DNA of 64,000 bases from Azolla caroliniana (taxonomy: Eukaryota > Plantae > Polypodiophyta), in contig JBHGNT010000001.1 in assembly GCA_043228905.1 (NCBI GenBank), forward strand, positions 5,890,001 to 5,954,000, read 5' to 3'. Position numbers and translations under genes: made by a program. Below are positions 52,501-64,000 of this stretch, piece after piece. The stretch's first letter is position 1; every line of letters starts with the position of its first letter. Under the pieces are notes generated by a model that searched no databases, was not told the origin of the DNA, and worked only from the letters and a program-made list of their open reading frames with translations.

Positions 52501-55500
52501 AGCAGCAAACACCTGCTGTAAAATTACCTGCAAATGCAGAAAATGAGGTTGGAAATGATCCAGTCTTTGCCAATAATGATGAGCCACCAAATGTGCAGGA
52601 ACAGCTAGAACAGCAAGCTGTGAATGCTGATTTGCAGGCTAAAATGCCTGGACTGCAAATTGACAATGATGATTTGCAGGCTCAACAGCTACCAAACAAT
52701 GAGCATTGGGTTAGGAGATCGTCTAGAGTTACTAGACAGCCTGACAGATTTGTTCCTGATGCAAACAACGTGGCTGACTATGTCATGGTAACTGATTGTG
52801 GCGAACCGACTTGCTTCAAGGAAGCAATGGACAGACAGGACAATAAGAAATGGTATAAAGCCATGTTGTCAGAGATGGAATCTCTTGAGAAAAATGATAC
52901 TTGGGATTTGGTGCAATTGCCTAAAGGGCAGAAAACACTTCCATGCAAATGGGTTTATAAAATGAAGGTCATTTCTGATTCCTCGCCAAAGTACAAAGCA
53001 AGATTGGTTGCAAAAGGATACACGCAGGAATATGGAGTTGATTTTGATGAGATCTTTTCGCCTGTAGTCAAGATGACTACATTAAGAATCATTTTGGGCT
53101 TAGTTGCAGCTGAAGATATGGAGCTCATACAAATGGATGTGAAGACCGCCTTTTTACATGGCGATCTGCATGAAGACATATATATGCAGCAGCCTGAAGG
53201 TTTTGTCACTAAAGGCAAAGAGAAGATGGTTTGTAAGCTCAAAAGGAGTTTGTATGGGTTGAAACAAGCACCAAGAGAATGGTATCATAAATTTGATGCA
53301 TTTATGCAGTCTCAAGGTTTTCGTGGAAGTCAAGTGGACCATTGCTTGTACACCAAGAAGGCAGGAGATGGCAGCCTGATTATCTTGGTTTTGTATGTTG
53401 ATGATATGTTGATTGCTGGCAAGGATGTTCATGCCTTGAATTCATTGAAGCAAAGCCTTCATGGCAGCTTTGATATGAAGGATCTTGGTGTTGCAAATCA
53501 CATCCTTGGCATGCGAATACTCCGAAACCGATCGAAAGGGGTACTCTTTCTATCTCAGCAGGAGTATATCTCTAAGGTTTTGCAGTGTTTCAATATGGAG
53601 GGGGGGAAACAATTGGGGTTTCATTGCCTCCATATTTGAAATTCAGTGCAGAAGACAGCCCTACATCTGATGATGAGAAGGCTGAAATGGCTAAGGTTCC
53701 ATATGCTTCTGCCGTTGGCAGTTTGATATATGCGATGGTTGCTACACGCCCTGATATTGCCTTTGCAGTGGGAGTGGTTAGTAGGTATATGGCAAATCCC
53801 GGCAAAAAGCATTGGGAAGCGGTGAAAGGTATTATGAGATACATCAAAGGCACAAAGGACTTGTGTATTTGCTTTGGAAAGCAAAAGGCATCTGTCGTTG
53901 GTTTTACGGATGCGGACTATGCTGGTCACGCAGACTGCAGGAAGTCTACTTCTGGGTATGTGTTTACTTTCACAGGAGGAGCGGTCTCTTGGATCTCCAG
54001 ACTACAGAAATGTGTTGCATTGTCTACTACAGAGGCAGAGTATGTTGCTGCCACTGAGGCATGCAAAGAGGCTTTATGGCTTTCATATCTAGTGAGAGAT
54101 CTTGGCATTACAGAGTTACCTATTCTTCATTGTGACAACCAGAGTGCTATCATGCTAGCTCGAAATCCCGTCTTTCATGCAAAGACGAAGCACATAGAGG
54201 TGAAGTATCACTTCATCAGAGATGTACTTGACAGCAAGAACATTGAGCTTGTCAAAGTACATACAAATAATAATCCTGCAGATCTTCTCACGAAGGGTCT
54301 TCCAGCTGAGCGATTTGCTCATTGCCGACAGATGATGGGAGTTGGATAGATGTATGTATGTAGTTCAGCTTTGTACATACTTGGACTTAGCTGACTTTTT
54401 TTTTGTTTTTTTTTCTTCTCACGGCACATTGCCTTTAGGTGGGAGGTTGTTGGGAATAAAGGGCCATCGTGCCTTTTATTAGTGCATGAGTGTGAACGCA
54501 CTCGTAGCACACTTTTGAGTTGTATATACATAATATCTAAAAACCAAAAAAGAGGTACACTCTTTTGTACCCAAGACAGCGTGCATCTCTCTCTCTCACT
54601 CAGACTCTCTCCCTCTCTGTTTTTTACCTAAACCCTAATCCTCGTGCTGCCTTCACTAGCTTTATTAAAGATGTGTGCTAGCAACGGGAGCAAGATGTCA
54701 TGGGCATAGATAAAGTGCTCACCAAGAAATCCATCATGAGCCTGGGCCTTCCCAAATTATAACCTATCAATGGCATTTCTTACATTTTGTGGAGTAAAAA
54801 AGGTGGATTCATGTGAGTGTGAGCCATGTGGGTGGGGAAGTCAAGGTTGTCCCGGGATATCATATAGTACCCTTGCATATTCATGCAACACCTGAGGTGA
54901 GGTCAGTTGTGTGGTAGGTTTCTCTCATTAAACATTTTTCATGCTCTTTTACTTCCTTGTCCTAAAAACAAGCAATACAAATGATCTTCGAATTTAGCTA
55001 AATACAATTTCTTCCTCGGGAGGCATTGGAAGGTTGCTCTTGCTTGTTTGTGCGTATAAATACCTTGAGTTACTTCGTGTTGCAAGCATCTCCTTTAACT
55101 ATTTTGTATGACTCTACATATGCATGATTTGCTGCCAAGGCAATAGGTCTACAAGATATAGTGAACTTTCTTACTTCAAGTATAAGAGATGGAGATCCCA
55201 TTAGGTAATCAATTGTGCTTGCACCTCCTTTCAGGTTCCAACATGTCAAAGCATCTGATCCAGGCCATTGTGAGAATCCATTATATCTCATTAATCCATG
55301 TGCACTTCCCAAGGCTAGAAGGTGTTTGCCATATTTTGTTACTCCATTCGTATCTTGAGATTGTCGCTTTAGACCAACCTACTCTACCGTAACTTCTCCA
55401 TAAACATCCTCGTTGGTGACAAGCATACTTGTTTGTTGATCCTTAGTTCGTGCATTGAGGCCTCCTAATAGTATTAGGTCCCCCATAGTAGTGGATCATA

Positions 55501-58500
55501 TGATATCATCATATAGTGGTAGATATGGTGATTCACCGAGAGGTGCAAACCTTGAGTATGCAAGTGGAAAGTAGCAAATGGCAATATATAGTTCCCTAAG
55601 ATCCCCTCTTTTGATTCGTATCCACATATAACACACATAAACATCCTTATGTATAATATGCACTCTATCATGGAGCTCCGTTTTGTACATTATGGATCCT
55701 TGTAATGCTTCCTAGTGTCCATGGTTGAGGACAACATACGAACTCCCATCTATATCCTTGTACATCATGGAGTCTACTAGACATGCATTGATGGATCTTT
55801 GTGTTCTTGAAGGTATCTTCAAAAGACCCAACATTTTTCCGTGGTTGGGGACGACATATGGACTCCCATCTATATCCTTGCATCATGGAGTTTACTAGCC
55901 ATGCATTAATGGGTCTTTGTATATATAGCAATATCTGTGTTCTTGAAGGTATCTTCAGAATATCCAACATTTGTTAGTAGAGAACCATTGCAATTCCATA
56001 TAGTCATGTGTAGGTCTCATAGGCCAAACATCATCACGTGGCTCATTTTTCTGTAATAATGACCTTACAATCTCTAAATTCAGCCCATTTTCCTTCCTTT
56101 CTTGCGCTAGCACTCATGGCATGTTTTCTTTGTGTTGTGCCACTTAAGCTAGAGTGAGATCGTCATCTAAATATATTTTGTCACTCTTGAGTGCCCTTCT
56201 TTTAGATAAGAAAGTTTTTTTCTTTCCCATACCCATTAAGCAGATGATAAGGGCTTCACCTATAGGCTCATCTCTTCCCACCCTCCACGTTGAAGCAAAT
56301 GGAATATCTAATGCCCCACATCTTTGTTCCGAGATTCTTGGCATCTTCTTGTGGCTTACTTTTTCGGCCCAACTAACCACTCGTACATGTAGCGCATGAA
56401 CTGTCCTCTTGGCTTCTTCTTCTAATGTAGCATTTATTTCCATCTTATCCATTGATGTTCCTTTTAGCTTTTTCACTACCGTTATCCAGGGTGCATTTGC
56501 TTTAATTTCTTGTTGAGCATGCTCAGCTTGAGCTTTCGCATCTTTGGCCATCTCTGCCCATGTTTACATTTCCTTATTTACATTGGCTTTAATTATGGAC
56601 ATGCATTTTTCCTCTACTTCTTGTCCTTTCTCTAAATCAACTTTTATAACTACTAATTCAACCTTATTTGAGGATATTCCATCATTAAAGTATTGTGTCA
56701 CATCATCCTTGAGCTCTAAGTTTGATTTCATGACAAGGCTTGAGATGTCTTTCTTATCTCTTCTAATAACTCAACCTTGAGAGAGGCATAAAACTCTGTT
56801 TTCAGTTTCACTATCTCCTCGTAATGCTCTTTCCATATCATCTATGATAAGATTGATCTCTTGCATAATCAAATGGTGTAATAGATCATGTTTCCCCCCT
56901 TCGACATTGAACAGAAAACTTGCATTTTGGGTGCCTTGCACGCCCTTCTAGTGCTACTCATGGTGCTTCCATATTGTCCTTTTCTTCTACAGTATCTTCT
57001 TGGGGTCTTCCCTGGATCTGGGCAATCTTTGTGTGTGTTGAGATCCATATCTTCATTTGCTGTCTATTCAGAATCCATGGTGTCCTATAGTTAGAACAGC
57101 AGGTATAGGGTATGGCCCCAGAAATGCAAAGGGCAGAGGGAACAGTGTAGTAACTAGGAACACAGGCAAAGAGGACACAGAGATTAGTCACGACATTGTA
57201 GACTGTGCAGAGTATCAAACTTCACAAAAAACGCAGAGGATCAGATTACAAAGGCCAATATTAACCCATGGGACTTCAGTACACAAGTTTTCTTGATCAC
57301 TTTACTAGTTTAAACTGTAGAACCATGGACAATTACTTATGTGACTATCTTGAGCTATATTCTAATATTTCTCGCTTTCTCTCACCTTCAATCACATTCT
57401 AATCACCATCAATCCCAGCTACTTAGATTAGAGCATAAACTAAATGTTATGGCTTCCCTACTTATATAATCAAAATCAATTCTACATAAATATTTTTATA
57501 TCAAGATACTCTAAAGAAATCTTCTCTCATCAAAGGGTGATGGGCAAACCTACCAATGAACTCTAGCAGCAAAAGGTGAAAGGCATTTCACAGTATTATG
57601 CAAACAAGTCATGCACAAGAAGATGAGATTCTTTGCCATGCTAAGAGCCAAACAGCAAGTATTACACAAATGACACACATACCATGATGATGAGATTCCT
57701 AGTCATGACTCATGACATGAGCCAAACAGCAATTATGTTGTCCAATATTTATGATATTCATTTTTAAAATTAATATTGCAGATCTCATAGAGGCTAAATA
57801 TGATTCAAAAACACAAGTTCTTTCTTCAAAAAACATATTCCTTCTTTCCAAAGTAATGGATTATATTACGAGACAGAAAACAGAAAAATAAACTTGTATA
57901 TGCCTTACCTTAAAAACAAGGTCTAGAAGCTTGTTTGTTGGCACTTCCACATTAAGTGGTGTCATTGTCGCCGTAGCAACTGCTGTGGCGGCCTATTAGT
58001 TAAAACAACGCAACACTAGGTTTTATAGTGTCAACACAAACACGCTATAAATTAACATATTATAGTACACTTGCTTGAGCTGAAGACGAAATGATAATAC
58101 AGATAAAATCCAAACAGACTCATCCACCTGAAAAAACAATATAATTTAAATGATCTTTATGAAAAATAGCATGAATTGCTTCATAAAACTCATCACATTG
58201 ACACTAATTTATAGGGCGAGATGAGGGATTTATTAAGCCCCATCTCGAACTGCCTACTTCCGCCAGCATAAACCTATTATTTCTTTCTTTATTAATGAGG
58301 AAATTAATTGCACGTATACTTTTACTCGCAGTAGTAAGGTGCCAAAATGAGAGTGGGGTTTGTCGCACATGAAATGCTCTAACAAAGTAGTGGCAGGTCC
58401 AGAGAATCAAATGAAATGAATGTTGGAATAAAGTGAATCTAGATAGACAAAAACAAGCACAGAGAGAAGCGAGAGATTAGTTTTGGGGCTGTCACCCTCC

Positions 58501-61500
58501 AATAATAGTTCACCGAAGTCACACATATGTCATCAGGATTAAAGTTGCAAATTCAGTCAGGATTGTGGCCCAAGCTTGCTACCATAACCTAAGCTTTGGC
58601 AGCATAGAGGTTGATTTTTCCCACAATACATAATGGTGGTTGGCATCTCTTTCAAAGAGAAAGAGACTGAAATGACTTGTTTAAGGGTCATCAAGAAATG
58701 TGTTAACATCAAAACAACTGTAAGTAGCAACTATATGAAGCTATGAAAAATGGGTTAATCAATTAATCAAATATTGAAGCAGAAAGAAGAAAGAAAGAAA
58801 GAATGCTATTTTAACATCTTTTAAGTTGCAAAAATTGCCTATAAGACCCAACAAAAGATTACATCTTTAAATGTTTTCTTGTCTTTGAGAACAACAAACT
58901 AAACTAAATACATATAGCTAAACTTTATCTTAGCACCCTAAGTTTAGTAACTTAGATAGACTGAAACTTTTGCCTTTGAAAAATCTCCAACATGGGCAAT
59001 TCCAAGATGGAGTGATCTTCGAAGCAAGGGAAGCACCTTCAGTGCCAAGTGATAATGTCCTTCATTTGTCGATGACAAGAGTGATAGGCCATGGCTCTGA
59101 TGCTTGTGGCCTATGTGCATAGCACGTTCTTATTGTAACCCACTTTCAACTGTCTTGGTCAAGACCCCGAATGTGTAATCCTTACTTTGACTTGTAGCAA
59201 AAGAAGTTGTAACGGAGCTAAAGAAAGTCATGATTGTTCTTTGTTGATGAGTTGTTGTTGCATTTTTGTCCTTCAACCACTTCTTTCTATGTCTCTTGAG
59301 TTCTTTCAAGAACAGTCCTAAGCACCGTTCATCACCTTACATATGGGCCAAAGCCTTGATTGAAGAGGCTGAGGTAACTCCTGTCTTAGTTCATAAAAAC
59401 AACACAATGGCAAGCCTAGTGTTCTTCCAATTCCACCCTTCGATGGCACAATTGGCAGATAGTGGGCCATCCTCCTACAAAGAGATGTTACGGAGTTGAT
59501 CTCTGTTCTTTCAAATTATCCAATTTAATGACATTGGCTCGTATAACTTTATTTTTTTCCACTTTTCTCATGTTCAGGTGTGGCCAATTCAAGCTATATT
59601 GGAATGGGGATAGTGCATTAATAGTTATGCCATGCAATTGGAACCAGTCTTGCATTTTGGCATACTAATGAAAATCTTCTCCATGTTCAGCAAGCTGTTT
59701 TGATGATATAAGTGGCAATCTTGATTACCTTTGCTTAGGGAGCTCCCAAAAAAATTGGGCACCGATCACTGAACGGAATAATGAGTCGGTCACTATTTGG
59801 GCTGCACCCATCTCTGCTTGGATTATACCATGGGGCACCAAAGTTTTGGCCCTTATCATGCAAGCAAACATCAAGACTAAAGGTCTCACCAAATATGTCC
59901 AGTTATGTGCCCTATGCAAGTTCAGTGCCCAACATTCTATTCCATAGAGAAGATTGTGTTAAAATTGTATTGACTACAATTTAGCTCATGGTTATTGGAA
60001 CTGGGTATGTTGGGCATTGTCTTTCAAGGGCAGCAAGGGCTGCATATCCACAAGAAAGTCAAGCACAAGCAGCCTTCTCTGGGAGAATCAAGGCGTTGTG
60101 GATATTAGTATTATCCAAAGAGTCAGAGATCACTGCAATGTCATGGCATATTGATAGTATTTGTATGGAACCACTATTAAGCATAACCTTGAACCATCCA
60201 ATCTATCTATGTAATTAGATATCTCATCTAAATAAAGACGGGAGAGAGAGGGATTCTAAACCTTGTACATATTTGTTGTGCAACAGATTGGCAATTTGAT
60301 GCATAGCCCTCTTGGCCATCAACTTTTGGGCTTTAACCATATCAGTAAATATCATGCAAAATCTCAAACCTACTCCAACATGGTCTAAGAGCTTTTCATA
60401 TGTTTGAATTCTTTTTAAAGGGGCAGTCAGCATGTAGAATGATTGGTTTGAAGATTCAGTATTAGAGGGGAATTGTTCTTTACCATCTACTAAAATTTCT
60501 ATCCTTGTATGAAGTAATGAAAATTATGAGAAAATAATACTAGAAGAAAGTTCATGTATTTTGGATTATTGTTTCTTTATGAATATTTCCAACTAGCAAG
60601 TTTGAAACAATTCTTGTTTTCTCCTGAGCACTAAGTTAGAATGAAAAATAGCAAGGTCATAACCTATTCAGCTGAGGTTCCAATTCAGGCATGAAATAAT
60701 AGGAAATTACAAGAAAATTACACAATGGTTCCGTTTACAAATATTTCCGACCATAAAAATTCAAAATTTTGATCAGCGTTTTAGCGCAGGCCACTTTATT
60801 GTGAACACTGTACAACTTAGAATAAATACGAATTCAGTTGCTAGCCTATTCAAAATGAAAGCCCTAAAATTCACTCAACATGACAGCCTATTGAGAATAT
60901 AAACGTTAAATATCACTCAACCTATTCAGAATGAGAACCCTAAAAAATCATTCAAGACATAAACAACACTGAAATTTAACCCAAATCAAAATGTGACATC
61001 TAAATTACTCAACTTCATACCCTAGTTTAAAAATCAAGCCCGAAAGAATCACTCAAGTTTACAAGCTATTCAAAAGATAGTTAAGACCTAAAATTTTATC
61101 TAAACAAAATAGTACATCCAGAATGCAAAACCTGCGATGAATCATCCTAAATAATAACCTAATCATAATCAAAACCCTAAAAGAATCAATTTTACCAAAT
61201 TTGAAAAACTTTCCCAATATATTGGATACCTGTTTATGCCCATGAAATGCAGGAAAAAAATGTAACATTGTAAAGATAATAATATCTAATTTCTTTGGGG
61301 GGAAGGCTTGTAAATAGCTGTCATTTCTAAAAAAACGCTATATCAATTATGTGAAAAAGAAACCCAAAACCAATCAATGACAACTTTTTTCTAAAACACA
61401 AATCTTTTTTTTTTCGCTTATAAATCTAACTGAGCTAAGTTATCATCAGAGGAAACTTGTAGATAACTGTGATTGTTAAAGAAATGAAAAAGACATATTG

Positions 61501-61687
61501 ATATATACCAAGTATGGGAAATTTAAAAATAATAATAATAATAAATGAAGAAAAAATATCCTTCCATTTTTTTCTTTTGCATGCAAAAGTATACCTGAGT
61601 GAAGTTATGGTCACGAAGATGGGAAACAATGAGAGCATTGACATGGCGCTGCAGTTGGGCATCGTGAAGAGCTTGGTCCACAGACAT
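34382..61687 (-). CDS. CSTF50: Cleavage stimulation factor 50 kDa subunit (CstF-50/CSTF1), WD40 protein, ~438 aa, 14 coding exons
   Basis: complement(join(34382..34537,34862..34918,35002..35110,35471..35625,36278..36378,38104..38161,38235..38286,38547..38617,38724..38816,39139..39222,39353..39422,39517..39650,57909..57992,61595..61687)); all GT-AG, 1317 nt in frame. Motifs VNALIVSHLRDHN, MTPLNVEVP, ISEHKNVARCARFSPDG, RTFYDH, PINDLDFHP, GTDHPVPHLYDVNT and HNGAPRWLEHSP match plant CstF-50. Confidence 0.95.
34563..34603 (+). repeat. (TATG)n microsatellite in the last CstF-50 intron
   Basis: About 9 tatg units next to the acceptor of exon 14. Confidence 0.85.
36715..37046 (+). repeat. ~130-bp tandem repeat (3 units, third interrupted and resuming at ~38028)
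   Basis: tactagaatatagatcca...tataatcttataca...aagatagaactataaagagttttactgcaccttaattt repeated. Confidence 0.8.
37047..38028 (+). mobile_element. Probable solo LTR inserted in the tandem repeat and carrying a MITE
   Basis: TGTTGAG...ATGCA; splits the third repeat unit at aaag; ctatataaaa at ~37813; TSD imperfect. Confidence 0.55.
37137..37680. mobile_element. hAT-type MITE with 8-bp TSD ATTGTAAT
   Basis: TIR catagttc/gaactatg; TSD 37129-37136 and 37681-37688; internal ~50-bp tandem repeat at 37415-37550. Confidence 0.85.
44639..44680 (-). other. tRNA 3'-end-like sequence (PBS-like on the plus strand) abutting the left LTR
   Basis: Minus strand ctGTGGGTTCG-aagtgcaatgcactt-TCCCACGGGCGTGCCA-tg|LTR; resembles a tRNA-Arg T-arm plus acceptor 3' strand with CCA. 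Confidence 0.7.
44730..47867 (-). CDS. Retrotransposon extra ORF, up to 1045 aa: globular N-terminal domain, repeat-rich linker, long coiled coil, acidic tail
   Basis: Uninterrupted ORF downstream of and co-oriented with integrase; (REEGSSRQP)x5; E/K/R/Q heptad-rich segment. True start uncertain (possibly MALSEG at ~47609). Confidence 0.75.
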   Translation of the reverse strand: MLFEAEDVQTPKLKSDMLIMAEDTHARKTGKGGSRETPLYKGRTGEGFTFYEFSHKQTQAQDSEIRRAEHPHPDLRPQAAAEEEEAMALSEGARQWLMENGLGGLLRVADAPPHKEPEPSATAVDLAEVTEGAVQALTGIAEGGLQTIELPSSQIFFEYFGKYSLSSKAYRTQGGENLLFGEVARALMEYGFVNPRPPAIAKYRAAIVIATYEGLQVDWLHFITEGLKEAIKHLVEGKKPWAGISQWLTVLVPPASPIKHKKRSRQETTPKPTMKRRRILEKHTPGWTQEEEAPREEGSSRQPREEGSSRQPREEGSFRQPWEEDSSRQQREEGPSRQPRKQQQQTATKKKEAEKGKEKLAKKTSKRQTDTEPVTLESEPVPIVAPTEDAETEEGSSEPMLILPTRRGKEKRATRPTPTADGTQQRAKEPPPVTGTEATQDEGPSAPKTAVPEPTAEFEEQRKEQAPEQEKRPEKQPEKQPELGTPAHTNEGRTKAQWLRWLSGQLSGVADQMEKEEEQRKQVTRTTTKDMVMLRAQLHELQEELAKAKEGSRQAQDGTEPVGTSEKQAEPETEKALQTGPETEKLIATLKEELQAQEALRDNEREQRKLVEDDRRRMEEGLRRSKATNDRLQEENGKLQKEKDRLRRRMEQEIERLREELRQQKDRDDRLRDQANRRLKQKTEEFDRLCKDYKQATSDIKNQAATYDRQIEKLKEQLKENRLELSKAREEVSAEKTLTSEQRKEMEVLRQKVGELTTSRNEEKVKSTFEINKWRSTCDKQKADSEAQAQLMADIIKRIRKEKQAASEQAKAGVGRIKFIMSSWSTRAQASINESTEKLWREWAQQAAELQTLRADAENRRKTGDGFYKMDEESIVNIREELSEDFYALAEEHLKEIRGLVERLDDGQLETQLELEGYEKDRLRQEAEGHTTPISISEGERPAEEDPTDNAPRQELPEEELPEQEQVDAGDDAERRQGSTESGEERTQPVETGESDTGNGTEVEQDRPGQDTEETPVPPVQVESEQQDAKRQPIQSEVGDGTGNT
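45416..47512. repeat. Inverted repeat arm 1 (2097 bp)
   Basis: Reverse complement of 49394-51490. Confidence 0.95.
48186..49400 (-). pseudogene. Gypsy integrase (5'-truncated, frameshift/deletion near 48490)
   Basis: H-CGIAGGH...CDLCQ, WGLDFVGPF, SDQGGHF, PQANGLAE, KLRFRWTGPF (GPY/F). Confidence 0.9.
49394..51490. repeat. Inverted repeat arm 2 (2097 bp); duplicated part of the extra ORF, open on the plus strand 49408-51591
   Basis: Mirror ORFs in the track (e.g. 46756-47433+ equals 49473-50150-); about 5 substitutions seen by eye. Confidence 0.95.
55722..55972 (+). repeat. ~120-bp tandem duplication inside the LINE
   Basis: actcccatctatatccttg...catcatggagt...tgtgttcttgaaggtatcttca occurs twice. 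Confidence 0.75.
58780..60100 (-). mobile_element. 5'-truncated LINE 3' portion with (TTTC)n tail in CstF-50 intron 1
   Basis: Homologous to 40030-41450 (e.g. agggctgcatatccacaagaaagtc); ends in a gaaa repeat at 58780-58802. Confidence 0.65.
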
Positions 61688-64000
61688 GCTTCTTGTCGCT
61701 GTCTGTCTCTCCTCGAAAACAAACCCGTGTTCGCGCTCCTTTGCTGCTGCTGCTGCTGCTTGGTTTCTGTTTTTCCAAAGGTTCTGTTTCGCCTGTTTTT
61801 GAGAGCGAGCGAGTCCCAAGTTTTCTTATTACGAGTTCAGGCTTCAGCTCCTCCTCTTGTGAAGGAACTAATTATGACTATGGTAACTTCAATGATTAAA
61901 AAGATAAGAAGCCCATGACAATGTAACTACATACTACTACTACTACTCCCACTCCTAATTTTTGAGACATTCAATCTCATCACCTCCCAATGGCTCTTCG
62001 TGCCTCGACTACGGCTACAACCACATGACACCACTGAACATATCCCAATTCTCCACTCCGTGTCTCCCACGCAGTTCTTATCTCACGGAAATGTAGTGTT
62101 CTCACCCCCAGAAGCTTTATCATTCTCTAGATTTGTGGGTCTGATTGCGCCATCAAAATTCCCTTTTCTATAGCATCTCCCCCCCCCCCCCCCCCCTCCC
62201 CACCTTTTTTGACAATCTTCACACTGTTCTATACTGCAGAAAGTAGGATTCGTCCAATTGTGTCACGCTTTTCTAAGGATTCGACGCATTGAAACTTCAA
62301 AAAGTTCTATGTTGAAGGCATCCCTTCAGACTTTGACCCCATGACCTTAAGCTCAAGATTTTGCAACAACGCCGCCACGTCTATCTATGCGTTCGAAATT
62401 TCAAATTTTAAATAAGAAAAGCCCAAAGAACATACATGCCATGATTTGTAGGGAGGTATAGAAACTCTCCTATAATCTATGAAGGGCATGCTTTCACATT
62501 GTGCTTTAACATGTAATTTATGGTTTTTGTTAGCATCACAACAAGTGATTATATGTTGTTTTCTAAGGCCTAGTTTGAAAAGCCTTAAAATTAGGCAAAG
62601 TGTTAATTGCGCCCAACATTAAGTGGTCATATTATATTTACATTATACATAGTAGCAATGCATCCAATTATGCTTTCCACGTGTTATCTTCTTTATTATT
62701 TATTCCACTCTCCTACCACTTGAAAAAGCCTCGCCATTGGGTTTAACCCCTGACATGTTGGTCATGGTTTCATTAATGCATGCATTTTTTTAGAATGGAT
62801 GTATTCCTCTAAAGATTCAACATTCTATATGTGGGCAACAATTGGTAACATGCATGGCAATATGCATATTATTTTTCAATGGGCACCATCAAGTGATCGA
62901 GAATTTTGTACTTCGTTACAAAATGAATTGCTTTTTTCTTCTCAAATGTTGCATTGGTGTGGAAAAGAGAAGTTGAGATCACAATTCAATCGTTTATTTC
63001 GATTCAGGTTGTAGTTTTGGGAGATGTGGTTAATAATAAAACTCAATGGTTGTCAAACGATGGTCATGTATATCCCCCAGATTGTGGATTTATTTGGGAG
63101 AAATTACAAGATATATCGTTGTTACGTGGATCTTTGCCAATGAAAACAAATGTTGCACCTTCAAAAGACAATACACGCTTGTTACATGTCACCACAAATA
63201 TATTGCACCATCATGCAATGACATCGTTATCTTGGTTATCACCTAAAGGAAGAAAGGTGTGGAATGTATGTAAGTCGAATGCAAGGTGATGACAAATATT
63301 TCAACATTGTTGACATTCCCATTTGTGAGTCCCTACAAAGATATTCATATGGAGAGTCATGATTGGTGTGGCCCCATTTGGTCCAACCTTAGAGAGACGA
63401 TGACTAGGGTTAGGTACATGCTTCTATTACACAGTGCACCATTCCATTAGAGGAAAATATACATAGGATCATTAAATGTCCCATAGCACATGTCATTTGG
63501 AAGTACTTATCGGACATTTGGCAAGTTTTAACTTGTTCTTATTTGAGGCCTCAACAATGGGTTTTTTCTTAGTGTGTTCAAAATGGTTTAGATGATGAGC
63601 TGGTCGAGGAGATATTGTTCTAGTTTTTACAATATTGGGAACGACAATACAATTGGAATATGTGCAATGCTTTCGTGTTTGATGGTAGACATGGGTGAAA
63701 TCATATACAAAGAAGTTGAAAGCCATTCTTATTTGGATTTTTTGGATGTTAGAGCATGTGGAGATTATATTTCTCGAGTGCATATTCGAGTTTTATATTA
63801 GCTTTATAGCACGCCCCTCTCACTACGTAGTTTAGGTAAGTAGAGGTAACTAATAAGTTGTAACAAGTGGATTTTGCATACAAATTATATAATTGTGTGG
63901 TTTTATTAGAGAGAAAAGAAAGAAAGAAATATTAACGTCTTCTTAAGGCCAAAATTGCTTAGATTTTCGATTTTCTCAACAACATATTAGTGTTGTGAAG

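Larger units (their letters stand above)
42632..54349 (+). pseudogene. Copia gag-pol polyprotein, disrupted (stop 44159, insertion 44266-51859, stop ~51870, frameshift ~53600)
   Basis: CHHCGKKGHFKRDC, WILDSGASFH, LWHGRLGH, RSDNGGEY, KARLVAKG, LYVDDMLI, TDADYAG, NPADLLTK. Confidence 0.93.
42260..54655 (+). mobile_element. Full-length Ty1/Copia LTR retrotransposon (Tnt1/Tork-like), 5-bp TSD CTAGC
   Basis: 208-bp LTRs 42260-42467 and 54448-54655 (4 differences seen); PBS TGGTATCAGAGCCAGGTT 42471-42488; PPT ~54437-54446; TSD 42255-42259 and 54656-54660. Confidence 0.97.
40030..57050 (-). mobile_element. Degenerate LINE (ORF1, AP endonuclease, RT) in CstF-50 intron 2, split by a Copia insertion
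   Basis: ORF1-like KSDKIYLDDDLT (56144-56551); endonuclease STIDYLMG (55070-55312); RT YRTIMI...KLYGSIL, GVKQGCPLSP, LLYSDD (41630-42130). Boundaries approximate. Confidence 0.8.

Noticed and set aside
61688-61819. N-terminal extension of CstF-50 (MGLARS...AAAAA)
   Set aside because: Non-ATG start and no homology; the CAG run is better read as 5' UTR, and homology begins at the ATG at 61687.
62179-62201. Poly-C tract as a G-quadruplex regulator upstream of CstF-50
   Set aside because: A simple homopolymer with no supporting evidence; its length may be a sequencing artefact.
62750-63800. Possible degenerate gene or transposase (GLTPD...; NGLDDELVEEIL)
   Set aside because: Short broken frames with no family I can recognise; needs a translated search.

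Overview
Eukaryotic land-plant DNA, probably a non-seed plant such as a fern (inferred from Tcn1-like and unusual Gypsy lineages and TE-filled introns). Two intact host genes lie on the minus strand: a 5-exon LAZY1/IGT-family gravitropism gene (13106-15547) and a 14-exon CstF-50 (CSTF1) WD40 gene (34382-61687). CstF-50 intron 2 (18.3 kb) holds a three-level nest of LINE > Copia > Gypsy derivative. Positions 1-11.5 kb are nested Gypsy/Copia retrotransposons. The region between the two genes is tandemly duplicated (15360-27016 and 27013-33783), creating a second LAZY promoter with exons 1-2. The most unusual object is the intronic Gypsy derivative at 44266-51854. It has LTRs and a 5-bp TSD, a 1045-codon extra coiled-coil ORF, and a 2097-bp near-perfect inverted duplication that would form a long hairpin in the host pre-mRNA. 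It also has a tRNA 3'-end mimic ending in CCA where the polypurine tract should be. All coordinates were read by eye and family names come from recalled motifs; no searches were run.
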